Shown: piece by piece, positions 1-9,522 of the stretch
Layout: every line of letters begins with the position of its first letter
Position numbering within the stretch: the first letter of the stretch is position 1
Assembly: GCA_903884455.1 (NCBI GenBank)
Contig: CAISEW010000041.1
Location: forward strand, 98,086-162,085
Direction of reading: 5' to 3'
DNA length: 64,000 nucleotides
DNA from: an uncultured Chloroflexota bacterium
GTDB taxonomy: Bacteria; Chloroflexota; Dehalococcoidia; GIF9; AB-539-J10
Notes under the pieces: model-generated
The model's database searches: none
Told to the model about the DNA's origin: nothing
Seen by the model: only the letters and a program-made list of their open reading frames with translations
Made by a program: the position numbers and the translations under genes

Positions 1-830
1 TACTCAAGGGGCTTTTTGAGAAAGGGGTCATCTTTATGACTTCTAAGGGCTATCGGTTTGCCAGGGATATATTTCAGCTTCATGATGGCACGGCCACTGA
101 CGTGAGGTTGGATGACGTTTGGGGGCGTGAGCTCCTCGACCTCTGGGAAGATTTCTGCCAGGCAGAATGGTACGCTGATTGGGCGAAGACTGTTCAGACC
201 TGGAATATGCCTGTGTGGAGGGTAATTCCGGCCAGAAAAGCTATCTCCAAAGGAACAAAACTCCTTCCGTCTGAGGATGTGGAGGCTATCCTTGATAAGG
301 CCACCAAGCTTGCCCTAGCTCACTGCTCTTGTCGAAGAATAGCTACAAGGTGTGATTTGCCGGTTGAAGTCTGTCTTCAAGTCAACCGGGCAGCAGAATA
401 TGCCATAACCAGAGGGACTGGTAAGGAATTGACTAGGGATGAGGCGATGAAGGTCATGGACGTTGCGGAGGAGGCCGGTCTCATACATAGTGTGTATAAC
501 AATTCCGGAGTTCCCAATGTGGTTTGCAATTGCTGCGCCACCTGCTGTGTCTTTTACTATCCTCTTACTAAGTATGGTGTCTTGGAGAAAGGGGTGGCTA
601 AGAGCAGATTTCAGGCGGAGGTGGACAAGGCAACTTGCAAAGGGTGTCAGACTTGTGTGGAGAGGTGCCCCTTTGAAGCGCTGGAAATGGTCAAAATCTC
701 AGGGGAAAAGAAACTCAAGGCACAGGTAAACTCAGAAAAGTGTTTTGGTTGTGGAGTTTGTGCCGTGGGGTGCGAGTCAGAAGCCATCAAGCTCGTTGAA
801 ATCAGGGCTCCTGAGTACATCCCCGTTTAA
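1..830 (+). CDS. 4Fe-4S dicluster ferredoxin-domain protein (5'-truncated by window edge)
   Basis: Frame is open upstream of the ATG at 36 to the window start; CSC..C, CNCC..CC and two CxxCxxCxxxC ferredoxin motifs. Confidence 0.8.
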   Translation, partial: LKGLFEKGVIFMTSKGYRFARDIFQLHDGTATDVRLDDVWGRELLDLWEDFCQAEWYADWAKTVQTWNMPVWRVIPARKAISKGTKLLPSEDVEAILDKATKLALAHCSCRRIATRCDLPVEVCLQVNRAAEYAITRGTGKELTRDEAMKVMDVAEEAGLIHSVYNNSGVPNVVCNCCATCCVFYYPLTKYGVLEKGVAKSRFQAEVDKATCKGCQTCVERCPFEALEMVKISGEKKLKAQVNSEKCFGCGVCAVGCESEAIKLVEIRAPEYIPV

Positions 831-911
831 GGGTGACAGCTTACAAAATATGTTTTTGGAAAGAACTTTATTAGAGCGATGTTTATCTTCTAAATGGTAG
901 GTGAATGCAAA

Positions 912-1799
912 ATGCCTGAAGCAAAAGTTGGCGTCATTGGCGGAAGCGGGCTTTATAAGATGGAGGGGATGACAGGGGTGGAGAAAGTGGAGGTAAGCAC
1001 GCCCTTTGGCGAACCCAGCGACGCTATCATCTTGGGAAATCTAGAAGGAGTAAGAGTTGCCTTTCTCCCCAGACATGGCGAAGGACATCGAATAGGCCCC
1101 AGTGAACTACCGGCGAAAGCCAATATCTATGCCTTGAAATCTCTGGGGGTAGAAAGGATTATCTCTGTAAGCGCTGTGGGCAGTCTCAAAGAAGAGATAA
1201 AACCTCTGAACGTAGTCATTCCTGACCAGCTAATTGATGCCACCAAAGGGAGAGTCAACACTTTTTTCACCGGTGGGGTAGTAGGGCATGTCTCTCTCGC
1301 AGAACCTTTCTGTCCTGTTTTGAGTCAACTCTCGTTTGAGGCAAGCACTAAAGTTGGGGCTAAGGTGCATAAAGGTGGTACTTATCTAGTTATGGAAGGT
1401 CCACAGTTCTCCACCAAGGCTGAGTCGCAGCTTTACCGCTCTTGGGGTGCTGATGTTATTGGGATGACAGCTTTGCCTGAAGCCAAGTTAGCCCGAGAAG
1501 CGGAAATATGCTATGCCACACTGGCCGTTGTCACCGATTATGATTGCTGGCATCCGAGTTATGAATCAGTGACTACGGAAATGATTTTAACCAACCTGCG
1601 GAAGGGCATTGATACTGTCAAGAGAATTTTGAAGTTACTGCTACCTTCCATACCACAGAAACGAGATTGTGCCTGTGCTAGCGCTCTTAAATATGCTATA
1701 GCCACTGAGATGAAATACATACCAGAAAAGAAAAGAAAAGAGCTAGGGCTGCTAATTGGCAAGTATTTAGGTAGGGGGGAAGATGTCAGCCAGGCTTGA
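912..1799 (+). CDS. mtnP: S-methyl-5'-thioadenosine phosphorylase
   Basis: GVIGGSGLY, RHG, EGPQFST, GMT, VTDYDCW motifs; start moved to ATG 912 behind GGTAGGTG RBS. Confidence 0.92.
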   Translation: MPEAKVGVIGGSGLYKMEGMTGVEKVEVSTPFGEPSDAIILGNLEGVRVAFLPRHGEGHRIGPSELPAKANIYALKSLGVERIISVSAVGSLKEEIKPLNVVIPDQLIDATKGRVNTFFTGGVVGHVSLAEPFCPVLSQLSFEASTKVGAKVHKGGTYLVMEGPQFSTKAESQLYRSWGADVIGMTALPEAKLAREAEICYATLAVVTDYDCWHPSYESVTTEMILTNLRKGIDTVKRILKLLLPSIPQKRDCACASALKYAIATEMKYIPEKKRKELGLLIGKYLGRGEDVSQA

Positions 1800-2811
1800 G
1801 TTTGGGTGTTTGCCCACTGCTATCGGCAGCATGCCTCACACGAATCCTGATGAGGCCTGTTCCATTATTATGAAATATCTTCCTGACATTCCCATCTGGC
1901 CACAATTACCGAGGCGCTCTCCCAAGGAAAACATGATTATCCAATTCAGCGAGGGTTTTCCGGGGGTGGTTATGAGGGGGGACAAAATTCACATCGAGCC
2001 ATCGGCTAATTTTGAGAGTGAGCTAGAGCAAATCTACACTGATTGTGAGCAGGATAATGCCCATAAATATGGCATTTCGACCGAATATGCTGCCGGGCTT
2101 TATGCTTTTCTCTCCAAAGCCACAGGTAGTAAGATAGTCAAAGGGCAGGTAACAGGTCCCATTACCTGGGGCTTGGCGGTTACCCGTCAGGATGGTCTGG
2201 GCATTCTCTATGATGACACTTTAGCGGAAGCCGCGGCTAAGTTCCTGCGGCTAAAAGCTTCATGGCAGGAAAATATCTTGAAGGAAATATCGCCTAACCC
2301 TATTATCTTTGTTGACGAGCCCTATTTAGTTTCTTTAGGCTCGGTGTTTACTCCTATCCCTGAGGAAAAAGTGCCTGTTCTGCTAGAAGAGGTGTTCAGG
2401 GGAATTAAAGGGATAAAGGGATTGCACTGCTGCGGAAACACTAACTGGTCAGTCATTCTAGACACCACAATCGATATTCTCAGCTTTGATGCCTATAATT
2501 ATGCCTCTTCCCTGAGCACTCACTCGGGTAAGGTGAAATCCTTTCTTGAGCGTGGTGGCAGCATTGCCTGGGGGATAGTTCCGAACGAGGAAGAAGTTTT
2601 AGCTAAAGAATCTTTACCCAGTCTTCGTGACCGCCTGGAAGAAGCTATGGCTCCATTTACCAGGGATGGTGTTAAGTTCCAGCAAATCATAGCTCAAGGG
2701 CTGATAACTCCTTCTTGTACCCTGGCAAGCTTGTCGCTGGAAGCGGCAGATCAGGCTCTGGAATTAACGGCTAAGCTGTCCCATGACTTAAGAAGCCGAT
2801 ATGTGATGTGA
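1783..2811 (+). CDS. core (truncated MetE-type) methionine synthase, probably methylcobalamin-dependent and folate-independent
   Basis: TAIGSMPH start, KGQVTGP, DEP, Zn ligands HCC and TPSC; 342 aa, a single MetE barrel. Confidence 0.8.
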   Translation: MSARLEFGCLPTAIGSMPHTNPDEACSIIMKYLPDIPIWPQLPRRSPKENMIIQFSEGFPGVVMRGDKIHIEPSANFESELEQIYTDCEQDNAHKYGISTEYAAGLYAFLSKATGSKIVKGQVTGPITWGLAVTRQDGLGILYDDTLAEAAAKFLRLKASWQENILKEISPNPIIFVDEPYLVSLGSVFTPIPEEKVPVLLEEVFRGIKGIKGLHCCGNTNWSVILDTTIDILSFDAYNYASSLSTHSGKVKSFLERGGSIAWGIVPNEEEVLAKESLPSLRDRLEEAMAPFTRDGVKFQQIIAQGLITPSCTLASLSLEAADQALELTAKLSHDLRSRYVM

Positions 2812-2858
2812 TCTGGTGAAATAACTGCCCCTCAGGTTGTATCCCCTAAGAGTCAATG

Positions 2859-3314
2859 CTATTGTTCTGAGGGATCTCCTTCCAAAGCTCTTATTTTATT
2901 CACCCTTTGTACGTGTCTGCCGCCTTCAAAATCCGTGGCTAAGAAAGTTTTGACGATTTCCAAAGCCGACTTGGTATCTATATCCTCTCCCCCGAGGCAC
3001 AAGACGTTGGCATCGTTGTGCTGGCGAGCTCGTTGTGCTGTAAATGAATTGTGGCATAAAGCCGCCCTTATACCTTTTATTTTGTTGGCAGCTATGCACA
3101 TGCCTATGCCCGTATTGCATATTAGAATGCCTTGGTCAAAATTGCCCGCCGCTACTGCCTCGCCAACTTTTTGAGCGATGTCAGGATAATCCACAGGCTT
3201 AGTGTTGTAGCAACCAAAATCTTGATAGCTATGGCCCGCGTTTTGCAGGAAGGGCATAATTAGCTCCTTTAAAGCGAAGCCACGGTGGTCACAACCTATA
3301 GCAATGTGACTCAC
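2859..3314 (-). CDS. rpiB: ribose-5-phosphate isomerase B
   Basis: IAIGCDHRG, DYPD, C-x-TGIG, HNDANVL, FEGGRH. Confidence 0.93.
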   Translation of the reverse strand: MSHIAIGCDHRGFALKELIMPFLQNAGHSYQDFGCYNTKPVDYPDIAQKVGEAVAAGNFDQGILICNTGIGMCIAANKIKGIRAALCHNSFTAQRARQHNDANVLCLGGEDIDTKSALEIVKTFLATDFEGGRHVQRVNKIRALEGDPSEQ

Positions 3315-3931
3315 TTTGCCTCCAGGTATTCCTTATAAGCTTTGTCAATCTCAGGCGAAGGTATGATGCCCTGACGCAAAATTATCGGCGGTTCATGGGT
3401 AATATCAACTATTGTAGATTCCTTGCCGCTGGGACATTTGCCTCCGTTGATAATAAGGTCGATTTTTCCTCCCAACTGTTGTCCAACTTCCTCGGCAGTT
3501 AAGGCAGCCGGCTGGCCACTAGTATTGGCGCTGGTTCCGATTATGGGATTCCCCAGGTGTTGAATGAGAGCTAGACAAACAGGGTGGTTAGGAACGCGTA
3601 CTGCTATGGTGGGTCCTGATGCTAGATAAGCAGGCACCGAATTTGTTTTTGATAAAACCAAAGTTAACCCGCCGGGCCAAAACCGCCTTGCCAAAAACCA
3701 GGCAATTTCTGGTATTGGCTCGGCCAGAGCAGTCAATCGCTCTACATCAGCGATAAGCAAGGGGAGTTGCCGATGCTTGGGTCGGGTTTTTATCTCATAA
3801 ATCCTTTCCACGGCTGTGGGATTGAAGGCGTCAGCCCCTAGACCATAGACCGTATCGGTAGGGAAGGCAATTACCCCACCCTTTTGGAGGATTTTAACCC
3901 CTTTCTCGATTTCTCGTTGTAAAACACCCAT
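3311..3931 (-). CDS. tsaC: L-threonylcarbamoyladenylate synthase (Sua5/YrdC)
   Basis: FPTDTVYGL, K-x-R, TSAN, STIVD motifs. Confidence 0.9.
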   Translation of the reverse strand: MGVLQREIEKGVKILQKGGVIAFPTDTVYGLGADAFNPTAVERIYEIKTRPKHRQLPLLIADVERLTALAEPIPEIAWFLARRFWPGGLTLVLSKTNSVPAYLASGPTIAVRVPNHPVCLALIQHLGNPIIGTSANTSGQPAALTAEEVGQQLGGKIDLIINGGKCPSGKESTIVDITHEPPIILRQGIIPSPEIDKAYKEYLEAK

Positions 3932-3993
3932 CTTTCTTAGTGTTAGTATAGCATGGTGCTTGCCTGGGTCAGAAGTTCCTTTTTTTTACCCCG

Positions 3994-4087
3994 TGTCATT
4001 GCGAGCCCCGACCTGTCGGGGCGTGGCAATCTCTATCCCCAGCAGCCCCACAAGATTGCTTCGTCACTTCCGTTCCTCGCAAGGACA
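3994..4087. repeat. palindromic repeat element, family A (TGTCATTGCGAG...GCAATCTC...GAGATTGC...CTCGCAATGACA)
   Basis: Nested inverted repeats; similar copies at 13843, 21319, 23333 and 27181. Confidence 0.9.
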
Positions 4088-4168
4088 TTGAAAGTGGCTT
4101 AGCTCATCTCGGTTGATAATAGTTCAGGATAGTGATAAGCTAAATGTATTCACCACCGTAAATCTGCA

Positions 4169-5833
4169 ATGAAAAAGAAGTTAGAAAGTCACAGAATTGC
4201 TGCCAGCGATGATATCGAAGTCTCCACTTATCTGGGACTAGCCAAAGAGTTGCGCGGCGAGCAACCTGTAGTTGAGCCTAAGTTACCCCCAAGCGAGCGT
4301 GAAACTATAGTAGTGCTCGACTTTGGCTCTCAATATAGCATGCTCATTGCCAGGCGGGTACGGGAATGCCATGTCTATTGTGAACTTGTGCCTTACGATA
4401 TGCCTTGGGAGAAAATAGCTTCCCTTAACCCACGAGGATTTATCCTCTCGGGAGGTCCGGCTAGCGTTTATGATTCCGGCGCTCCTCTGCCGTTACCATA
4501 TATTTATGAGAGTCGTCTACCTGTGATGGGCATTTGCTACGGGATGCAGTCTATCGTTTACAACTTGGGTGGCCAGGTAACTCGGGGAACAAAGCGCGAA
4601 TACGGGCATACAATCCTACACATAAGTGCTGAAAACTGCCCTCTTTTTACCGGTCTTCCATCATCTCTCCCCGTGTGGATGAGCCATGGTGACCAAATAG
4701 TAGAGCTGCCTCCAGGCTTCAAAACCCTAGCTTATACTGAAAATTCGCCATTTGCTGTCATAGGTAAAGGTAGTAGTATTTACGGACTGGCATTTCACCC
4801 TGAAGTGGTTCACACAGCTCATGGGAAAACCATATTCCAAAATTTTGTACTTCAAATATGTGGCTGCCAAGGCAACTGGACACCAGCTAATTTCATAGCT
4901 GAGAGCGTAGATAAAATTAAAGAGCAAGTGGGCGGCGGAAGAGTGGTCTGTGCTCTTTCTGGAGGCGTCGATTCGGCAGTAACTGCCACCCTTATCGACC
5001 GTGCTATTGGCAATAACTTAACTTGCATCTTTATCAACAATGGCTTATTGCGTCGGGATGAACCGGAAAGGGTGCTTAATACCTTCAAGCGTAACCTCAA
5101 AATGGATGTAGTTTACATAGACGCTGCCGATAGATTCTTGGAACGACTTAAGGGAGTTAGCGATCCGGAACAGAAGCGACACTTAATAGGAAACGAGTTT
5201 ATCCAGATTTTTGAAGAGGAAGCGGCCAAATTAGGTAAGATTGATTTTCTGGCCCAAGGCACTCTTTACCCCGATGTCATTGAAAGTACCTCCACGGATA
5301 CCAAAGCTGCTGCCAAGATAAAGAGCCATCATAACGTCGGAGGGTTACCGGCTAAAATGAGTTTCGCTCTTATCGAGCCCCTGAGGTATTTGTTTAAGGA
5401 TGAAGTTCGACAGGTTGGGTTAACTCTAGGCCTGCCCGAGGATATGGTCTGGCGGCAGCCTTTCCCTGGACCGGGGTTAGCCATTCGCATCATTGGCGAA
5501 GTGACTAGGGAGAAGCTGGAGATACTCCGGGCTGCTGATTGGATTCTGATGAATGAAATCAAAAAAGCCAAGCTTTATCGCCAGCTTTGGCAAAGCTTTG
5601 CTGTACTTACTGATGTCAAAAGCGTTGGCGTCATGGGCGACTACAGGACTTATGGCTACTTGGTAGCGGTCAGAGCAGTAACTAGTGAAGATGCCATGAC
5701 TGCTGATTGGGCTCGCCTGCCCCACGACCTTCTCGCTACAATATCTGACCGCATAGTTAATGAAATTCCCAGTGTCAACAGGGTGGTTTATGATATCACC
5801 AGTAAGCCGCCGGCAACTATAGAATGGGAGTAA
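4169..5833 (+). CDS. guaA: GMP synthase (glutamine-hydrolysing)
   Basis: [42 protein letters not shown]. Confidence 0.97.
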   Translation: MKKKLESHRIAASDDIEVSTYLGLAKELRGEQPVVEPKLPPSERETIVVLDFGSQYSMLIARRVRECHVYCELVPYDMPWEKIASLNPRGFILSGGPASVYDSGAPLPLPYIYESRLPVMGICYGMQSIVYNLGGQVTRGTKREYGHTILHISAENCPLFTGLPSSLPVWMSHGDQIVELPPGFKTLAYTENSPFAVIGKGSSIYGLAFHPEVVHTAHGKTIFQNFVLQICGCQGNWTPANFIAESVDKIKEQVGGGRVVCALSGGVDSAVTATLIDRAIGNNLTCIFINNGLLRRDEPERVLNTFKRNLKMDVVYIDAADRFLERLKGVSDPEQKRHLIGNEFIQIFEEEAAKLGKIDFLAQGTLYPDVIESTSTDTKAAAKIKSHHNVGGLPAKMSFALIEPLRYLFKDEVRQVGLTLGLPEDMVWRQPFPGPGLAIRIIGEVTREKLEILRAADWILMNEIKKAKLYRQLWQSFAVLTDVKSVGVMGDYRTYGYLVAVRAVTSEDAMTADWARLPHDLLATISDRIVNEIPSVNRVVYDITSKPPATIEWE

Positions 5834-5853
5834 GTATCAAAGGAGGGGAAAAG

Positions 5854-6111
5854 ATGAGTTATTCTTCTGAAGAAATTAACGATGAACAGCTAGCTATACT
5901 AGACGATTTAGAGATGCTCCGTGAGGATTTGGTAGGCGAGTTGCAAGCCATTAACCAGTATCATGGGCATATATTAATCCTGGAGAATGAAGAGGCTGTG
6001 ACTGCACTGGAACATATTATTAAAGAAGAGAAAGAGCATGTCGCAGAGTTGCTGAGACTAATTCAAAAACTCGACCCCGTTCAGGCCGACAAATTCAAGG
6101 AGATTTTATAA
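5854..6111 (+). CDS. small ferritin-like (two-helix, EncFtn/rubrerythrin-like) protein
   Basis: ELQAINQY and EEKEH diiron-type motifs; ATG 5854 with AGGAGG RBS. Confidence 0.7.
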   Translation: MSYSSEEINDEQLAILDDLEMLREDLVGELQAINQYHGHILILENEEAVTALEHIIKEEKEHVAELLRLIQKLDPVQADKFKEIL

Positions 6112-6333
6112 TGCCATGTCACACAGAGTTAAACTAAAAGGTGTAAAGAAGAATAGAGGGAAGCATAAGAAGAAGAAGCAGCAGGTATGCTCCGAGGCCA
6201 AGATTGGCTGTTCCTCCTGATAACCTTCACTATCATTCCCAGTGCCATCTTTCAAAAAATTGGCGTTGAAAAATCCAGAAAGCGGAGGATTTAGTACGGC
6301 TATACCCAGAAGGCTGACACGAGAGAGTGAAAT

Positions 6334-7617
6334 TTGAAGATACTGGTCGTTGGCGGTGGAGGCAGGGAACACACCTTAGTCTGGAAAATTGTCCAGAGTC
6401 CCAGGGTGAGAAAGGTTTTTGCTGCCCCGGGGAATGCCGGCACAGCCGCCATCGCGGAAAATCTGAATTTGCGCCCCACCGATATAGAAGGGCTGGGCAA
6501 GGCGGCTAAAGAAAAAGGCATTGACCTTGTCGTGGTTGGTCCTGAGGCTCCGCTAGCTTCAGGCATAGTGGACTACTTTGATAAGCTGGGCATTCCTATT
6601 TTCGGTCCCACTAAAGCAGCCACCCAGGTAGAATCAAGCAAGGTTTTTGCCCGCAATCTGATGGAAAAATATGGCATCCCCTGTCCTAAAGGCGCCACTT
6701 TCTCTTCTTATTCGGAGGCTCGTGAATATCTTCAAGAACATCGTCCACCTGTTGTCATCAAAGCCGAGGGGCTAGCCGCTGGCAAAGGTGTGATTATCGC
6801 TGGTTCTTTGAAGGAAGCTCACAAAGCCCTCGGCGACATCATGGAAGCCAAGATTTTCGGCTCTGCAGGAGACAGGGTAATAATTGATGAATATCTCAGT
6901 GGTCGAGAGGTCAGCCTCATAGCTTTTACCGATGGCAAAGCAGTCTCAGCCATGGTGCCAGCTTGCGACTATAAGAAAATCGGGGATAATGACAAGGGTC
7001 CCAACACTGGAGGAATGGGAAGTTACAGCCCCCCCGGGTTTTTCTCCGCCCAGATGACAAAAAAGGTAACCAAGGATATTTTATTGCCGACTGTGAAGGC
7101 TATGGCTAAAGAAGGCCTACCTTATAAGGGAGTGCTCTATGTGGGGTTAATGATTGTCGATGGAGAACCTGTTGTGCTGGAATTTAATGCTCGCTTTGGT
7201 GACCCGGAGACTCAGGTCGTCTTGCCTCTTCTCAAAACCGACCTGGTGGATATACTTATGGCAGTAGTCCAGGGCAACCTCGACCGGGTGAAAATAGAGT
7301 GGAGTTCCGAGGCCTGCGTTGGAGTAGTTGCGGTTTCGGGCAGTTATCCTGGCAGTTATAAAACCGGCTTTCCCATACAAGGGATAGATAGTGTGGATAA
7401 GGATGTACTAGTTTTCCACGCTGGAACCAAGTTGGGCAATGATGGCATAATTTATACTGACGGCGGGCGAGTGCTCACCGTAGTAGGTGTGGGCCAGGAC
7501 ATGGCTGAAGCTCGGGAAAAGGTTTACCGCAACATTCCTAATATTTACTTTGAAGGTTGTCATTATCGCAAAGACATTGCTTTGAGGGAGATAGATAAGA
7601 TAAAATCTAAACCCTAA
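6334..7617 (+). CDS. purD: phosphoribosylamine-glycine ligase
   Basis: GGGGREH, APGNAG, GLAAGKGV, GPNTGGMG, EFNARFGDPE. Confidence 0.97.
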   Translation: MKILVVGGGGREHTLVWKIVQSPRVRKVFAAPGNAGTAAIAENLNLRPTDIEGLGKAAKEKGIDLVVVGPEAPLASGIVDYFDKLGIPIFGPTKAATQVESSKVFARNLMEKYGIPCPKGATFSSYSEAREYLQEHRPPVVIKAEGLAAGKGVIIAGSLKEAHKALGDIMEAKIFGSAGDRVIIDEYLSGREVSLIAFTDGKAVSAMVPACDYKKIGDNDKGPNTGGMGSYSPPGFFSAQMTKKVTKDILLPTVKAMAKEGLPYKGVLYVGLMIVDGEPVVLEFNARFGDPETQVVLPLLKTDLVDILMAVVQGNLDRVKIEWSSEACVGVVAVSGSYPGSYKTGFPIQGIDSVDKDVLVFHAGTKLGNDGIIYTDGGRVLTVVGVGQDMAEAREKVYRNIPNIYFEGCHYRKDIALREIDKIKSKP

Positions 7618-7642
7618 GCACTGAATAGAATTTGAGGGTTAC

Positions 7643-8107
7643 ATGGCAATGGCATTAGTGGGCGTAGTCATAGGCAGCAAGACGGATACTGAACTGATAC
7701 AGCCAGCACTGGACATGCTAAAGCAATTGGGCATTGATTATGAACTTTCTATTATCTCAGCCCATAGAAAACCCGAAAAAGTAAGGGAGTATGGCCTGGA
7801 GGCAGAGAAAAGGGGGCTCAAAGTTATCATCGCCGCCGCTGGTTACGCCGCTCACCTCCCCGGCGTCTTGGCTAGCTGGACAACCTTGCCTGTAATTGGT
7901 GTACCCTTACCCACAAGTGAGCTTAAGGGTGTGGATGCCTTGCTTTCTATAAGCCAGATGCCTGGGGGAGTGCCGGTAGCTTGTGTGGGTATCGGGGCAA
8001 GCGGGGCAAAGAATGCTGCCTTGCTCGCCGCCCAGATTCTAGGCATCGAACATAAAGAGATAAAAGAAGCCTATCGTAAATATAAACAGGAATTGGCAAG
8101 GGGATAA
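7643..8107 (+). CDS. purE: N5-CAIR mutase
   Basis: GSKTD, SAHR, AAHLPG, QMPGGVPVA. Confidence 0.95.
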   Translation: MAMALVGVVIGSKTDTELIQPALDMLKQLGIDYELSIISAHRKPEKVREYGLEAEKRGLKVIIAAAGYAAHLPGVLASWTTLPVIGVPLPTSELKGVDALLSISQMPGGVPVACVGIGASGAKNAALLAAQILGIEHKEIKEAYRKYKQELARG

Positions 8108-8108
8108 T

Positions 8109-9464
8109 ATGATTGAGCGGTACTCCAGGCCTCAGATGAAGAAAATCTGGTCTGAGGAGAATAAGTTTGACCAATGGCTTAAGGTGGAGGTAGCCGTTTG
8201 TGAAGCCTGGGCTGAGCTGGGTGAAATTCCTCAAAAAGATATAGTCAAAATAAGAAAAGCCAGCTACAACTTGAATCATATCGCCAAGTTTCTGAAGGTG
8301 ACCCACCATGACATGACGGCTTTTCTCAACTCGGTGGCTGAAAGCCTGGACACAGAGTCACGCTTTGTCCATCTTGGTCTCACTTCTTCGGATGTTATGG
8401 ATACCGCCCTTGGCTTGCAATTGACCCAGGCGGCAGATATCTTGGCAAAAGATATAGCCGGGCTTATATCCGTACTGGAGAGTAAAGCTATAGAGCATAA
8501 ATACACCATTATGATGGGGCGGACCCATGGGGTTCACGCTGAGCCGACTACCTTTGGCTTGAAGATGGCTCTGTGGACTGAAGAAATGAAGCGTAATGCT
8601 CAAAGGCTGGCTGAAGCTAGGGAAAATATCTCTGTGGGCAAAATATCCGGAGCAGTAGGCACTTATGCCACTGTGCCTCCTCAGGTTGAAGAAATAGCTT
8701 GTGCCAGGGTAGGGCTTGCTCCAGCTCCCATATCAAGCCAAATAATCCAGCGTGACCGCCATGCCCAATTCCTGACCACTTTGGCTATTATCGCCAGCTC
8801 CCTGGAGAAATTTGCCACCGAGATTAGAGGCCTCCAGCGAACGGAAGTCCGGGAAGTTGAAGAGCCTTTTGAAGCAGGGCAGACAGGTTCCTCGGCGATG
8901 CCTCATAAAAGAAATCCAGAGCTTTGTGAGCGTGTCTGCGGGCTGGCCAGACTAATAAGAGGCTATGCTTTAACTTCTCTGGAGAACATCGCCTTATGGC
9001 ACGAACGTGACATCAGTCACTCTTCCACGGAGCGAATTATCCTGCCTGACTCCTGTCTGGCGCTGGATTATATGTTATCTATGTTCACCTCCATAATGAA
9101 AGGGCTCAAGGTTTATCCAGAAAACATGCGTCGTAACATCGAGATCACCCAAGGGGTCATCTTTTCTCAAAGGGTGCTCCTCGCCTTAATAGATAAAGGC
9201 CTACCGCGTGGAGAAGCTTATAAAATAGTGCAAGACAACGCCATGAAGGCCTGGGAGAAAAGGAAAAGCTTTCTGAGCTTGCTTGAAACAGACAGGCGGA
9301 TAACTGCTCATTTGAGCAAAAAGGAACTGAATTCTCTCTTTGATTATAGTTATTATCTGAAATATGTGGATGATGTCTTTAAACGATTGAGGTTGACTAA
9401 GACCAAGCGGGGAAAGAAAGCTGGCAAAGCTGGGTCAGCTAAGCTGGCTACTGGGGTAGTGTAA
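8109..9464 (+). CDS. purB: adenylosuccinate lyase
   Basis: MIERYSR, GRTHGVHAEP, GSSAMPHKRNP. Confidence 0.97.
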   Translation: MIERYSRPQMKKIWSEENKFDQWLKVEVAVCEAWAELGEIPQKDIVKIRKASYNLNHIAKFLKVTHHDMTAFLNSVAESLDTESRFVHLGLTSSDVMDTALGLQLTQAADILAKDIAGLISVLESKAIEHKYTIMMGRTHGVHAEPTTFGLKMALWTEEMKRNAQRLAEARENISVGKISGAVGTYATVPPQVEEIACARVGLAPAPISSQIIQRDRHAQFLTTLAIIASSLEKFATEIRGLQRTEVREVEEPFEAGQTGSSAMPHKRNPELCERVCGLARLIRGYALTSLENIALWHERDISHSSTERIILPDSCLALDYMLSMFTSIMKGLKVYPENMRRNIEITQGVIFSQRVLLALIDKGLPRGEAYKIVQDNAMKAWEKRKSFLSLLETDRRITAHLSKKELNSLFDYSYYLKYVDDVFKRLRLTKTKRGKKAGKAGSAKLATGVV

Positions 9465-9522
9465 TGATGGGGCATTGGCTTCGAAGTTCTTGTCTTAGCG
9501 TATAACGGAGGGAAACAGAGGG

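Noticed and set aside
5854..6111. Encapsulin nanocompartment system
   Set aside because: No encapsulin shell gene nearby and no evident C-terminal targeting peptide.
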